Notes under the pieces: generated by a model
Database searches by the model: none
Told to the model about the DNA's origin: nothing
The model's input: only the letters and a program-made list of their open reading frames with translations
Assembly: GCA_963693365.1 (NCBI GenBank)
Contig: CAVNZM010000017.1
Location: 2,719,527 to 2,783,526 of the forward strand
From: Amoebidium appalachense
Taxonomy: Eukaryota > Protista > Ichthyosporea
DNA: 64,000 bases
Direction of reading: 5' to 3'
Position numbers and translations under genes: made by a program
Shown: one piece after another, positions 30,039 through 62,282 of the stretch
Layout of the letters: each line of letters opens with the position of its first letter
Numbering within the stretch: position 1 is the first letter of the stretch

Positions 30039-30479
30039 CGTGTGCGCATATGTGTATGTGTATGTGCAAGTGTGTGTGTCTGTGTGTGTGTGCAGGTGTG
30101 TCTCTGTGTGTGTGTCTTAGGGCTGGCATGTCTCCTACCTGCATGTGCGGGTTGTTGGTCGAGCCTTGGCTGCCTTGGTACTTGGGGCCGAGGGGAGGGT
30201 AGCAAGTGCGGGTTAAGCGGTGGTGCCTGCGTGATGTTTTAAAGCGTCGGTATGAGGAAATATATAGGTCAGCCATAAAGTACGGCCTGTACGCAGTTAA
30301 AGATGGGGCAGGGGCGGGGGCGGGGGTAAGGGCAGGGTGAGAGGGGGGGGGGGGGGGGGGGGGAGGGGGGAGGAAGGGGAGAGGGGGAATGTGTGCACTC
30401 GTGGGACACATGGAGAAGAAGGCACCGGGGTCCTCCCCGCCCCACACTTTAATACAAAAAATGGATACGAAAAGAACAG

Positions 30480-30510
<31 letters not shown>

Positions 30511-31055
30511 CAAACTGTATGTGTGACACACACCAAGTAGAAACCCCCCCCCTCCAAAAAAAAACTTTATGGGTGACATACTTCAACAAGACATGTCCTG
30601 TGTGAGCCCAAAATGTGTGGGCATGTGTGGATTTGAGTTTGTGTGTGTGAGTGTGCGTGTATTTCTATTTTCTTTGTGGGGGAAGGGGAGGGGGGGGGGG
30701 GGGGGGGGGGGTTGAATGCGGAATACGGTACGAAGTACATATACGATGGGAAGCATGGTGCAGGACACATGCAAAGGCAAACATTCATGTATGCAACATC
30801 AGCAATGCGCACAGTATCCGTCATAAGCAGAGCCCATCCTCAGGGAGGAGGGGGGGGGAGAGGGGGGGGGGGGGAGGGGGGGGGACGCAGGGCAGGGCAG
30901 TTGAATTGTGTGCACACATATCTATTGGTGACCATGCGCGTGCACGAAGCTTCATGGCCCATGAGCATGAGCGCACAAGCAGGGACGCACGCACACACAC
31001 AAACACACACACGCACGCACGCACGCACGCCCGCCCGCCTGCCCGCCCGCCCGCC

Positions 31056-31094
<39 letters not shown>

Positions 31095-31520
31095 GCACAC
31101 ACTCTCTCTCACACATGCATGCATGCACGCACACAATCACACATGCATGCACGCACTTACACACGCAAGGATACAAATATCCACACAAACGCAAGCACGC
31201 AAGCACACACGAGTCTCACAAACGTGCACACACACACACACACACACACACCCACACATACACGTGTTCGTGCATGCATGAGCCCACCTAATCACCTCAG
31301 ACGCAAGAACGTGCGAAGGAGCTTCTGAAAGCACACAAAGACGCGCACAAACACATGAATTCACACGCACACATGCACTCACACAACCGCCCATATCCAC
31401 CTACCCAGCACCCAATCCCCCCACCCCCACCCCACCCCACCCCCTCCCCCCTCCCCACACACACACACACCCTCCCCCTCCTCCCCCCCCCCTCCCTGCC
31501 CCTCTCCCCCTCTCCCCCCC

Positions 31521-31551
<31 letters not shown>

Positions 31552-31920
31552 ATACGTACCTGCCCGGGTGGATGCGGAAACCTCGGTATACCAATCGGCT
31601 GGGGCAGAAGGGGGGCAGAGGGGTGCCGTTGTGCCCCGGGGGTAGCCATGAACCCCCCGTGACCCGCGCCCAGCAACCCGGGGGGGGTTTTGCAGGAGGG
31701 GGGTGGGTGCTGTGCCTTCGACGTGAGGTTGGCCTGCATCTTGGCTTGCACGTTCGGGTGCAGGTGTACACCCAGCTTGCCTGTGTCGAGACCCATGGGC
31801 CTGTGTGGAAAAGGGAAAAGAGAGGGGAGGGGTGTGTGGGTGGGGGGGGGGGGGGGGGGGGGGGGGGGGAGGGGGAGGAAGAGGGGGGGGGGGGGGGGAG
31901 GGGGGGGGGGGGGGAGGGGG

Positions 31921-31960
<40 letters not shown>

Positions 31961-32952
31961 GGGGGGGAGGGGGGAGAGGGGGGGGGGGGGGGGGGGGGGG
32001 TAGAATGTTGTGTTGTAAGGTGCGAAGAACACATTCATAATGGGCAACACAATGCAGAGTGCAAACCACGCATAAAAGAGCAAGCATGATAAGCAGAGTG
32101 CATCATCAAAGAGAGGGCGGGCGGGCGGGGCGGGCCGCCGGCCGGGGGGGGAGGGGGGGGGGGGAGGGGAGAGGGACAAGTAAAGAGAGTTCATAGGAGG
32201 AGCGGAAGAAGGGAAGCAGCAAGTGAGGCAGGGAGAGGGAGAGAGAACGGAGAGAAGCAAAAGAAGGGAGGAAGGCAAAAGAAAGATAGGGAGAGGGAGG
32301 GAGAGAGGGAAGAAGGAGGGCGCGAGGGAGAAGGGGAGACACACATAGACAGAGAGAGAGGGGGGGAGGGAATGAGGAAGAGTGGATAAGATTTAGCCAA
32401 GTACAATAAACATGAGGTTATTGTATTCAATTATTGGGTAAGCATGTGCCTGTAGTGGGGTGGTGGGGGACGCGGTGTCATACACTATGTGCGCGCGCGC
32501 GCGCGCACGTGTGTGTGTGTGCATGCGCGCACGTGCGTGTGTGCGCATGTCAGGAAGGGGGAGAGGGGGTGGGGCAGAGCAAAGTGCGATGGGAGACGGG
32601 GAGGGGGGTGGGGCGGGGGGGGAGGTGGGTGAAGTAAGGGGAGCTGTTCAAAAATGGCAAACTGCTAATGCTGAATGCCAGAAGCCAACCAAGAAACATG
32701 GCGTGGGACATGATCAGAAGACACACATTGCGTATGGGGTGGTGGTGGTACGGCAGATGTGGTGCGGGAGAAAAAAGAGTGGCGTAGACACAGGCACTTT
32801 TGAAGATCTCTTTTGTTTTAGAGTGTTAAGCGTGTGCATGTCCGCATGTTGGGGGGGGGGGGGGGGGGGGGGGGGAAAGGGGGAGGGAAGAGGGGGTGTT
32901 CAAATGTGTTACGCCATAAGAAGCACACACTCACGACGGACAACAGAATGCC

Positions 32953-32983
<31 letters not shown>

Positions 32984-33746
32984 ACCCAGAAAAAAAAAAG
33001 GAAGGAAGAAAGAAAAAGGGGGGAAAAAAAGAGAACACACACAGTGGGTATGCAGTGCATGTACGCCAATCCTCTGGCGGAAAGTGCGGGGGGGGGGGGG
33101 GGGGGGGGGGTTTGAATGCGAAACACAGTACCAAGTACGCATACACGATGAGAAGCATGGTGCAGGACACATGCAAAGGCAAACATTCAAGTATGCAGCA
33201 TCAGCCATGCGCACAGTATGCGTCATAAGCAGAGCCCGGGGGGGGGGGGGAGACTGATATGCGACCCACCTTCCATTTCCTGTAGCGGCCATAACGTTAT
33301 TTGTGCAGTCACGAAGATGAGTTTACGGCATCGGCGCATGAAAGCGTCAGCAATGGAAAGGGGGGGGGGGGGGGGGGGGGGGGGAGAGAGAGAGAGGGGG
33401 GGGGGGAGGGGGGGGGGGGGAGGGGGAGGGGAGGGAAGACACGGTAGGGGTGGGGTTTTGGGTGTGTGTGTGTGTGTGGGGAGGAAGGGCGGAGGCCCTC
33501 GGGGAAGGGAGGGGGGAAAGGGGGGGGGGGGGGGGGGTGTCAACGAAACAACAGTTAGTGCACGAGCGTGAAACAAGCCATTTTGGAAAAGGGGGATTTC
33601 ACGTGAGCAAACAGGAAGTGCAAAAAGGCAGCCACAGGCGACAAAACAAAAACACTTGCATGGAACTACTCATGTTGAGCTTATAGGAGAACTTTGGCGC
33701 ATCTACAACAGCAGACGTGCACCCATACTCACTTGTGCAAGAAGGA

Positions 33747-33786
<40 letters not shown>

Positions 33787-33990
33787 GGGGGGGGGGGGGA
33801 GGGGGGGGGAGGGGAGGGAGGGAGGGGGGAGAGGGGGGGGGGGGAGGGGGAGAATGCATTGCAGTAGTTGAAAGTCCCGAACCAACAGGAACGACAGACC
33901 ACGGAGTCTGAAGGGCAAAAAAAAAAAAAAAAAAAAAAAAAAGGCACACACAAAGAGTAAATGTATCCTTTTTCCTCACCAAAAGGGGAG

Positions 33991-34024
<34 letters not shown>

Positions 34025-34298
34025 AGGGAGGGAGGGAGGATGGATGTGTGCACTTGCGAATCCTGTGCATGTGTGTGTGTTTGCGCGCATGCAGCCACGC
34101 AGATCCAGCACACACATGGACACCAGGACACCGGCACAAGCACACATGAATACATTTTGCCACGTGAACACACGCAAGTGAAAATCGCACGCACACGCAC
34201 GCATAAACGCACGGGAGCGTGCACAAGCACACACACGCTGCACACAAGCACGAAGGGGGGAGTGTGTCGCACACGCATACACACACGCACACACGCAC

Positions 34299-34351
<53 letters not shown>

Positions 34352-35746
34352 AGCGCGCGCACACACGCACACACGCACACAGACACACACACACAAAAAC
34401 ACACAACCCAAGGGCGGAATGAGAAGGAGTAACGGGCGGGTGGGGGGAAGTGGGGGGGAGGGGGGGGGGGGGGGGGAGGTTTCAAATGCGTCATACAGCA
34501 CGAAGTACACATGAACAACGGATAGCACGATGCAGAGGGGGGGGGGGAGGTGTTGATGCAGTACATATGCATCGCGAACAAAAATACACAGCAGAAAAAC
34601 ACAGAGGGAACAGCAGATGGGCACACCAAACGGTTCCACCAACAGCACGGACATTCGAGCAAAGAAGAAGAGGGGAAGGAAAGGGTCCCCCGGGGAGTAG
34701 GCCCTTGCAAAAATATCCCGCATATCTTTTGATATTCAGGGGCCAATTCGATATATGATATATCTCGTGATATTCAGGGGTTAGGCAGGATATATCGTAT
34801 GATATTCAGGGGACGGACCAAAAAATGATATATCATAAATATCTTTCGGGGCATGATATATGCCGGCTTTAGAAACGGGATATATCCCTTGCTTTCAATG
34901 TAAAAATATGTGAAAAACTCAACAAAAAGTTACAGAAAACTCGTATTTCGCACTTCCTGCACTACCATATCTTTTTTTTTTTTAGCCTATAAAAAGGCCT
35001 AAAAGCGACCGGATTGCTTCAGATTGCCCTTTGATTAACAACCTTGGGGTATATACTCCCTGAAGGGATCTCACCAAAATAGCGGAAATCGGAACAAAAT
35101 CACGTTTATTTCCTTATTTGGGTAAAAGCAAAGATATTTTTCGTGACATTCAGGGCAAAAAATCGGGATATTTCGACTTGATATTCAGGTCAAAGTCGAG
35201 ATACTTTTGATATATCCTGTGATATTCTGGGGCCTTTAAGATATTTTCAAATGATATTCAGGGGCTTTTGCCAGGATACTTTTGTGATATTCAGGGCAAC
35301 ATTCGATATTTTCGTGATATATCCCGAATAATATTCAAGGCAAAAAACGGGATATTTTTGCAAGGGCCTACCGGGGAGGGGGGGGGGGGAGGGGGGGGAA
35401 GGAGGGGGGTTTTACCGTATAAGTGGTGGGTGGGGGCGCCAAGGAGCGGGTGCATGGTTGAGTTGTAGGGGAGGGACCGAGACTGATCGCGGGGTCCAAA
35501 GCCAAGACCGCCCTGCGGCCGGCCTGTCAACGGGTATGCTTGTCCTGTGGGACGGGTCGGGTCAGATTACAGAACCGAATATAGCGCAAACACACAGACA
35601 CACACACACACACACACGCACACACACACACACACAGAGAGCGAGAGAGAGAGAGAGAGAGATAGAGAGAGAGGGAGAGAGAGAAAGTGTGTGAGACTGG
35701 GGGGGGGGGAGCCAGAGAGAAAGAGAGAGCGAGAGGGCGAGAGGGC

Positions 35747-35797
<51 letters not shown>

Positions 35798-35851
35798 GAG
35801 CACACACACACACACACACACGAGAAGAAACACCCCGACACAGACACCCCG

Positions 35852-35904
<53 letters not shown>

Positions 35905-35905
35905 T

Positions 35906-35936
<31 letters not shown>

Positions 35937-36748
35937 GGGGGAGGGGGGGGGGATGCGCAGAGGAATTCAAAAACGTGTTACTCAATGGCGAGCAGGAAGG
36001 GGGGAAGGGCCAGGAACAAGGCACGCCGACCCTAGAGGCAGAACGGGAAGTACATAAACACACACCGTCTAACGTGTGCAGACACACTTGAGATCTACAA
36101 GCGTGCAAAACACACGCACAGGCCTCACACAATGTGGTACGACGGCGAGGTGTGCATGTCTAGGTCGAGCGCGCAGGCCCCACACACACACACACAACAC
36201 ACACGTGCACACACACACACATGCACAAAGACACACACGTGCACACACACACACATGCACAAAGACACACACGTGCACACACACACACATGCACAAAGAC
36301 ACACACGTGCACACACACACACATGCACAAAGACACACACGTGCACACACACACACACATGCACAAAGACACACACGGGCACACATGTACACGGGGGATG
36401 CACGCACACATACGCAAGCACTCATGCCTCTATGAGCCAACACATATGCATACAAGCACGTACACACAAACCTACTTGTTGCGATGGGGAAGAAGATGGC
36501 AGGGAAATGCGACCAGGAAAGGAGGGTAGGCAGGGGGGCGGGGACGTATGCATTAGAGGGTTGGAAATATGGATGAGACACCAAAGGACAAAATATAGAG
36601 CCTCACAAACACAAAATACACAAATCAACATAGAATGGAACAAATAAAAAAGCGCAGGCAGAAGAAACTTGAACAGAACCCATCGTCGGTGAGGTTCCTT
36701 TGCCTCCGCAAAAGAATGAAATTCCTCTTTCAACCTCTTGCGCACGTG

Positions 36749-36779
<31 letters not shown>

Positions 36780-37624
36780 GGGGTTGGGGAATGTGGAACA
36801 CGGTACGAAGTACACATACACGATGAGAAGCATGGTGCAGGACACATGCCAAGGCAAACATTCGAGTATGCAACATCAGCAGATGGGGGGGGGGGGGGGG
36901 GGGAGAGGGGGGGGGGAGGGGGGGGGGGGGCTGCAGACCTGCCAGCCTGACGTCACCATGCCCGTACGGCGGCTGCTGCATTGAGTGCTGCTGACCAGTC
37001 CCTGCAGCGTCTCTGCACATCACCAACGTGGAGAATGAGAACATGGTTGGCAAGAAAAGAGAATCATTCGTTTAATTGCCCCTCCAGCTATTAGGGCTCC
37101 AACAAGCACTACAAGGCAGGCACAGAAAGGCCCTTAAAAAGTCGTATCAGAAGAGTGTGTAAATCCTGGAGAGAACAATCGACCCAGACGCCCCACGGCT
37201 CCCGAAAACGCACGACCAATAGAGGGCGAAAGATGCATGCCCACAGCGTATACACCCTCACAGCCGAAGGGCGAATGCAACCAAAACAACAAGTCTTTCT
37301 CTATAACCAGAACCGAGCACAGCAAGCAGCGCGCAACTACCACAGCGAAAAAGCAACGAAACGGAGGGAAACATCAAGGTGCAGGAAACACGGGCTGCAG
37401 CTGGAGACAAGGAGGGTTCGGAGAAGAGTTGTGTGGATGAATGCGGTTGCTGGAGCACACATAGACGGGGGGAAAGGAGGTTTGTGTGATGCTTATTGCC
37501 TTGGACATAGTGAGCCGGAAAGGCAACAAGACAAAGAGCAGCCACGAATAGAAAAGAATGCAGGGCAGACACAGTTGAAAAAACATCCAGAAAGAGAACT
37601 GGGACGGGTGAGATTTTTTTTTTT

Positions 37625-37655
<31 letters not shown>

Positions 37656-37724
37656 GGTAAGGGAAGGGGAGGCTACTTACAAGTTCCCGAGGCCAGCAGG
37701 GTAAACGCTGTAATCGGGGTTCAT
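24861..37724 (-). CDS. Hypothetical multi-exon protein, Pro/Ser/RE-rich, with a short helical/coiled-coil region near the C-terminus
   Basis: Approximate exons 37680-37724, 36939-37013, 33733-33907, 31560-31800, 30139-30226, 28003-28975, 27101-27426, 26076-26196 and 24861-25219, with GT-AG ends and mostly consistent phases (MNPDYSVYPAGLGNLDAAG...PMGLDTGK...APPLNPHLLPSPRPQ...LKQISEDLARMRDAEERIASECRQATKGLLAARVAATTTDMRCRLLRKQIDSLE...PQRPNMG*). The model needs one small frameshift near 28045 and passes through a poly-C tract in the 33.8-kb exon. Confidence 0.65.
25390..25671 (-). mobile_element. Two adjacent poly(C)-anchored repeats (diverged A' at 25390-25495; A at 25554-25671)
   Basis: 25554-25671 is near-identical to the 6520 copy. 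25390-25495 is diverged but keeps GTACGACGTAC, GGACAACACAATGCAGA and CCCATCATCA. Confidence 0.75.
29591..29888 (-). mobile_element. Tandem pair of subfamily B repeats (29591-29732 and 29747-29888)
   Basis: Two head-to-tail copies separated by a short G-tract. The second is diverged and extends to GGGCCCAAGTCATCAATTGC. Confidence 0.8.
30712..30848 (-). mobile_element. Poly(C)-anchored repeat, subfamily B
   Basis: Full B core ending at CCCATCCTCAGGGAGG, flanked by poly-G. Confidence 0.8.
32001..32110 (-). mobile_element. Poly(C)-anchored repeat, subfamily A'
   Basis: TAGAATG...CAACACAATGCAGAGTGCAAACCAC...ATAAGCAGAGTGCATCATCA after a long poly-G tract. Confidence 0.7.
33111..33237 (-). mobile_element. 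Poly(C)-anchored repeat, subfamily B
   Basis: B core truncated at GCAGAGCCC, with poly-G on both sides. Confidence 0.8.
34698..35370. mobile_element. Non-autonomous hAT-type DNA transposon (MITE), 673 bp
   Basis: Perfect 23-bp TIR TAGGCCCTTGCAAAAATATCCCG (34698-34720 / 35348-35370). 8-bp TSD CCGGGGAG (34690-34697 and 35371-35378). Multiple subterminal GATATTCAGGG repeats at both ends. No transposase ORF. Confidence 0.88.
36195..36385. repeat. Minisatellite, ~34-36-bp unit, about 5 copies
   Basis: ACACACACGTGCACACACACACACATGCACAAAG repeated in tandem. Confidence 0.8.
36544..36883 (-). mobile_element. Subfamily C-like (36544-36690) and subfamily B (36789-36883) repeat fragments
   Basis: GTATGCATTAGAGGGTTGGAAATATGG...GAACAGAACCCATCGTCGG, then GAATGTGGAACACGGTACGAAGTAC...CAACATCAGC. 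Confidence 0.7.
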
Positions 37725-38896
37725 GGACACGGTGTCCTGCACACGAGCGGAAGAAACGTTCAACATGAAACAGAAACATTCGAGTACTTGCTTGCTCCTT
37801 GGTGGAAGGAAAATAAAGCAAAAAAACTAAGACCTGTGTAACCCGTGCAAAAAGCTTGGTGTCCAGACCAGGTGGTAATTAAAGCCTCAATATTTCGACT
37901 CGCACTAATTCACTCTTCGTGACTTGCACCTCTCAATTACAAGCAAAAAAAAAACACCATCATAGCGACAAAAGTTAACGTTACCAGCATGGACAAAGCC
38001 CCGCCAGCCATTTACGTAGAGGGCTTGCAACCACAAACGCCTAAACGACCCGGCTGGAAAAACCTATTCAGCAGCCAAACAATGCACACAAAATTGACTC
38101 CCGAAATCGAGCCAAGCGGCGCTAAAAGAGGTAACTTCAAACAACATCACATAACAAAAACCTCACCCAGAAACATCACATACCTGAGCCAAACTGCTAC
38201 GTGTGCATCTCTCTTGCCGTTATTCAAACGCCAAGAGTTTTCTCTCGCAAGTTGGTTTATAACGAATACACGCCCCCGCTTTTCTCTCTTTAGTTCTTGT
38301 ATGGCGCGACCAAGAAACGTGGGAAGGGCGAGAAAAAGCACACGCTCGTTTTCGGGGAAGAGAAACGTAGAAATAAAATGGGCCGGGCGACGGTCTTAGC
38401 GGCGAGCCCACAAGACTGTCAGGGTTGGATAATCTGATAATACAGTGTATATAAATGGTTTTACAGAAACATGCACAAGCTGTGCCGATAATAAGACGGT
38501 ACAAATGGGCATTTTAGATTCAAAAGTTGATAAACTTGTGTAGCCCCGAGGAGAAGGAGATCCTCCCTTTGCTGTGATTGGTGGAAAAAAGGAGCCTTGG
38601 CGGGCTCGATCATAGATAGTGCTGGCATGTTTTGGCGTGACATTTGTCCAAATTCATACTTTCCGTGGCGCGAGATCATGCAAAACCGAATCGGACTTCC
38701 CCAAGACTAGTAGTAATAATAATTTTATTATTAGTGTTTAATATTTTAAGGGGAAGGACAACAAAAACCCCCATAGTGATACATCGTGTTCCTTAATTTT
38801 TACGGCACAAAACAAGCAAGTATGCCAAAACTGAAAAGAAGGATGTGCATACCACACGTTAGTGTTGGTACATAATAACTTGGGACTGTGATATGC

Positions 38897-38941
<45 letters not shown>

Positions 38942-39338
38942 GGACCAGGGGCCAGGTGCCACATGTACAGCAGGGACGATGACGGGGAGGGGGGGGACCC
39001 GGGAGCCCGGGGGGTAATATTAGACGGCGACACGTAGCCGACATCATACGGTACGTGCATAGCGGGTGCTCTTTGGTACACCTATTTGAAAACACGTTTC
39101 TATAAAAGCTTCCATGATTTTTGTGTATTCCATTTCTCATACATGTACTTGTTAGATTTTTCAAACTCGGTTTGTTACCTTCGTGTGCATCTATTTCGTG
39201 CATTGAAAGTAGCCCGGTGCCCTGCCAAAATTCGGAATTTGGCTAAAAGGTCGGAGAGGTCTTTTTGGTTTGGGTAATGCAACATATATGCAGCTTAACC
39301 GGGTCAAGAGCTCGGGGAATCCTTTGAGATATGTGTGT

Positions 39339-39409
<71 letters not shown>

Positions 39410-40261
39410 GAGGGGGGTTTTTTTTTTGGGGGGGGGGGGGGTTCAATAAAGAGGCTTTGATATCTGGCGATTGATATAATAGGACTAGTTAATAATATTA
39501 GGAAGGGCCCGACCACATATTAGCAGAATCACTTTGCTCCGAGAAAGGACTAATCTGCAAACAACAAATTAATCTGCAAAAAACAGAGCTATTCTTCACA
39601 AAGCAGAACTAATGCACAAAGCAGAATTATTTTGCAAAGAGGCAGATTATTGTGCAAAAGCAAAATCGTTGTTCAATAATCTGTGTCGAGTAAAAAAAAT
39701 AAAAAAAATCAGTCTGCTAAAAGCAGAATACTTATTCTTTTCCCGTTTGGCCCACTGGTTTATTCAACCAATGCCATGAATACCCCTATTATTGTGGGAA
39801 AAAAACAACGCGTGGTCGGGGCCGGCCACGTCAGCAGAACTGGGGCCAACGCATGTACATGTGTTGACTCTGAGCTGCAGTGCTCGAAAACTGTAAGCCG
39901 AATTGTTGGATTTGATCAAATCAGATTGGTTAGGAACGAATCAAAGACAAAAATGAGTATTTCGAGACGCCATCTCGCGGGAAAGCACGCAGCCAGCCCG
40001 AGTGCACGCCCCGGGGGATTCAAGGGCGGGGCCGCTGGGGACGGGAGAGGGCATGGGAAAGGGTGGGCCGGGGTTGGAGGGGGGGGTAATGGGGATGGGT
40101 GGGTGGGTGGTTGGTTGAAAGGAGGGGGGAAGGGGGGGGGGGGGGGGGGGGGGGGGGGGGAAGGGGGGGGAGGGGGGGAGCAGTGCACAACATGTACATG
40201 AATTCGAAATTTTAAATAGTATTGAATTCGAATACTAGTAGTGTGTGCTTGTTTGTGCGTA

Positions 40262-40318
<57 letters not shown>

Positions 40319-41543
40319 CACGTGTCCACGTCACGGTGACTGTGTGCGAGTGTGGGTGTAACTCTGCCATGCAGCTACTGTGTGTGCCTGCATATATATA
40401 TATATTGATCAATAAATGTATTGGCATGCGCGACAACTCCAGACTCAGCAAGCACCCTGGCCCGTGACAATGTGCGTGCACGTGGCATTGCTTGCGCTTT
40501 CTTTTCAACGAACACTCGCATGTGCAAGCTGGAAGCTTAAGAGGCTCTAGTTCTGCAGTGATGCCGTCCGACTCGATCGATGGTGACGTCTCAGAGGTGG
40601 ATGGTACTGTCCATGCGGATATGCCCCCCCCCGAATAATTCTGTACAGCACGACTCAGCGGGACATGCACCGGGGAGGGAGGGAGGGAGGGAGGGAGGGA
40701 TGGAGGAGCTAGCCTAGCTAGCTAGCTAGGCAGCGCGCAAATTCGAAGGGGCCCGGGAGGGGCGGGGCGAGGCTGGGGGGGATTACTAAGGCCCACCTTT
40801 AGGCTAAATCATCCCAACTACCTAATGATAATCCCGGGTCACGAAGTCTGGAGATATCGATACTGTACCGTTTAGCCGAGACACACGTGGCACGTGCGTG
40901 CAAGCTGATGTTGGCAGTATTTGCGCCTCTGTTGTATTTTTATTAACAGAACAATTCAGAAATTATACATTCTGTTGATACGTTGTGCATTTCGGCGTGG
41001 GCAAACTATTACATACCCAATTTGTGCGTGCAAGCACCAAGAGATTTTTCCGGTGTGCAAAAGCATGTTCTGTCTGTGTGGTATGCTCACGAACATTGTG
41101 TTACTGTGCACTCGTTTAAAGCCTACTATTTCATGTTTCTTGACTTACTAAGCACAGACATCCCACAACTGTCGGTATGACAAAGTGCTATTCTTCTGTT
41201 CTATTTCACTATGTACTGTCTGTTTTTGTTTTGTTAAAGGCGAAACAATAACCCCCCCCCCCCCCCCCCCCCTTCCCCCTCCCCCCCTCCCCCCCACACA
41301 AGATAACCAAATAACGACCCCCCCCCCCCCCCCCCCCCCTCCCCCCCCCTCAATAGTATACATGTAAAATCTAGCACGCCTGTTTTTGAAAAGCCTTTCG
41401 CAGTTTGAGATATTACAGATAACGATACACAGGCAATTTCCTTTATCTTGCTTACATATTCGCCACACAAGAGATCGCATTCAGTTCAAGAGGGACTATT
41501 CATCTTCTAAAACTACACTACTTCATTGCTATAAACGTGCCTG

Positions 41544-41588
<45 letters not shown>

Positions 41589-41917
41589 AAAAAAAAAAAG
41601 GTGATAATACACAAACAAAACAAAAAAAAACAAAAAAAAACAAAAAAAAAACAAAAAAAGAAGAAGAAGAAAGGGAGAAAAAAGGAAAAAACACGTGAAG
41701 GTTTTGCCGACGTAATCCCCCCCCCCCCCCCTCCCCCCCCCCCCCCCCCCCCCCCCAAAAAAAAAGAATCAAAAAAGAAAACGAAAAGGAAAAAAAAAAA
41801 GAGAGAGAGAGAGAAGAGGACTCCCCCCCCCCCCCCCCCCCTCCCCCCACCCCCATTCACCCCCCCCCCCCCCCCCCCCCTCCCCTCTCTCCCCACCTTC
41901 TCTCCCTCTTCCTCCTC

Positions 41918-62047
<20,130 letters not shown>

Positions 62048-62054
62048 CTAAATC

Positions 62055-62282
62055 CCAACACTCGGTCAAATCACAATGAGTTCACCCCTCACTCAGTCAA
62101 ATCACAAGAGTTCACCCCCCTCGGTTAAATCACACAGACTTCAACCCCCCCCCCCACACACACACTCGGTTAAATCACAATGACTTCACCGATCACTCGG
62201 CCATATCACAATTAAATTGACCTCTCATTTGGGCATATCACAATGAGCCTCAAGTTCACCCCCACTCGGTCCGATCACAAAT
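62055..62282. repeat. ~30-35-bp tandem repeat abutting a DPP8/9 acceptor
   Basis: About 7 CACTCGGTCAAATCACAATGAGTTCACCCC-like units. Confidence 0.8.

Noticed and set aside
40400-40670. Intergenic minus-strand ORF (MHVPLSRAVQ...)
   Set aside because: No recognisable domain or splice context, and it runs into microsatellite. Support is insufficient.
62055-62282. CRISPR-like array
   Set aside because: The units are degenerate tandem repeats without unique spacers, the context is a eukaryotic intron, and there are no cas genes.
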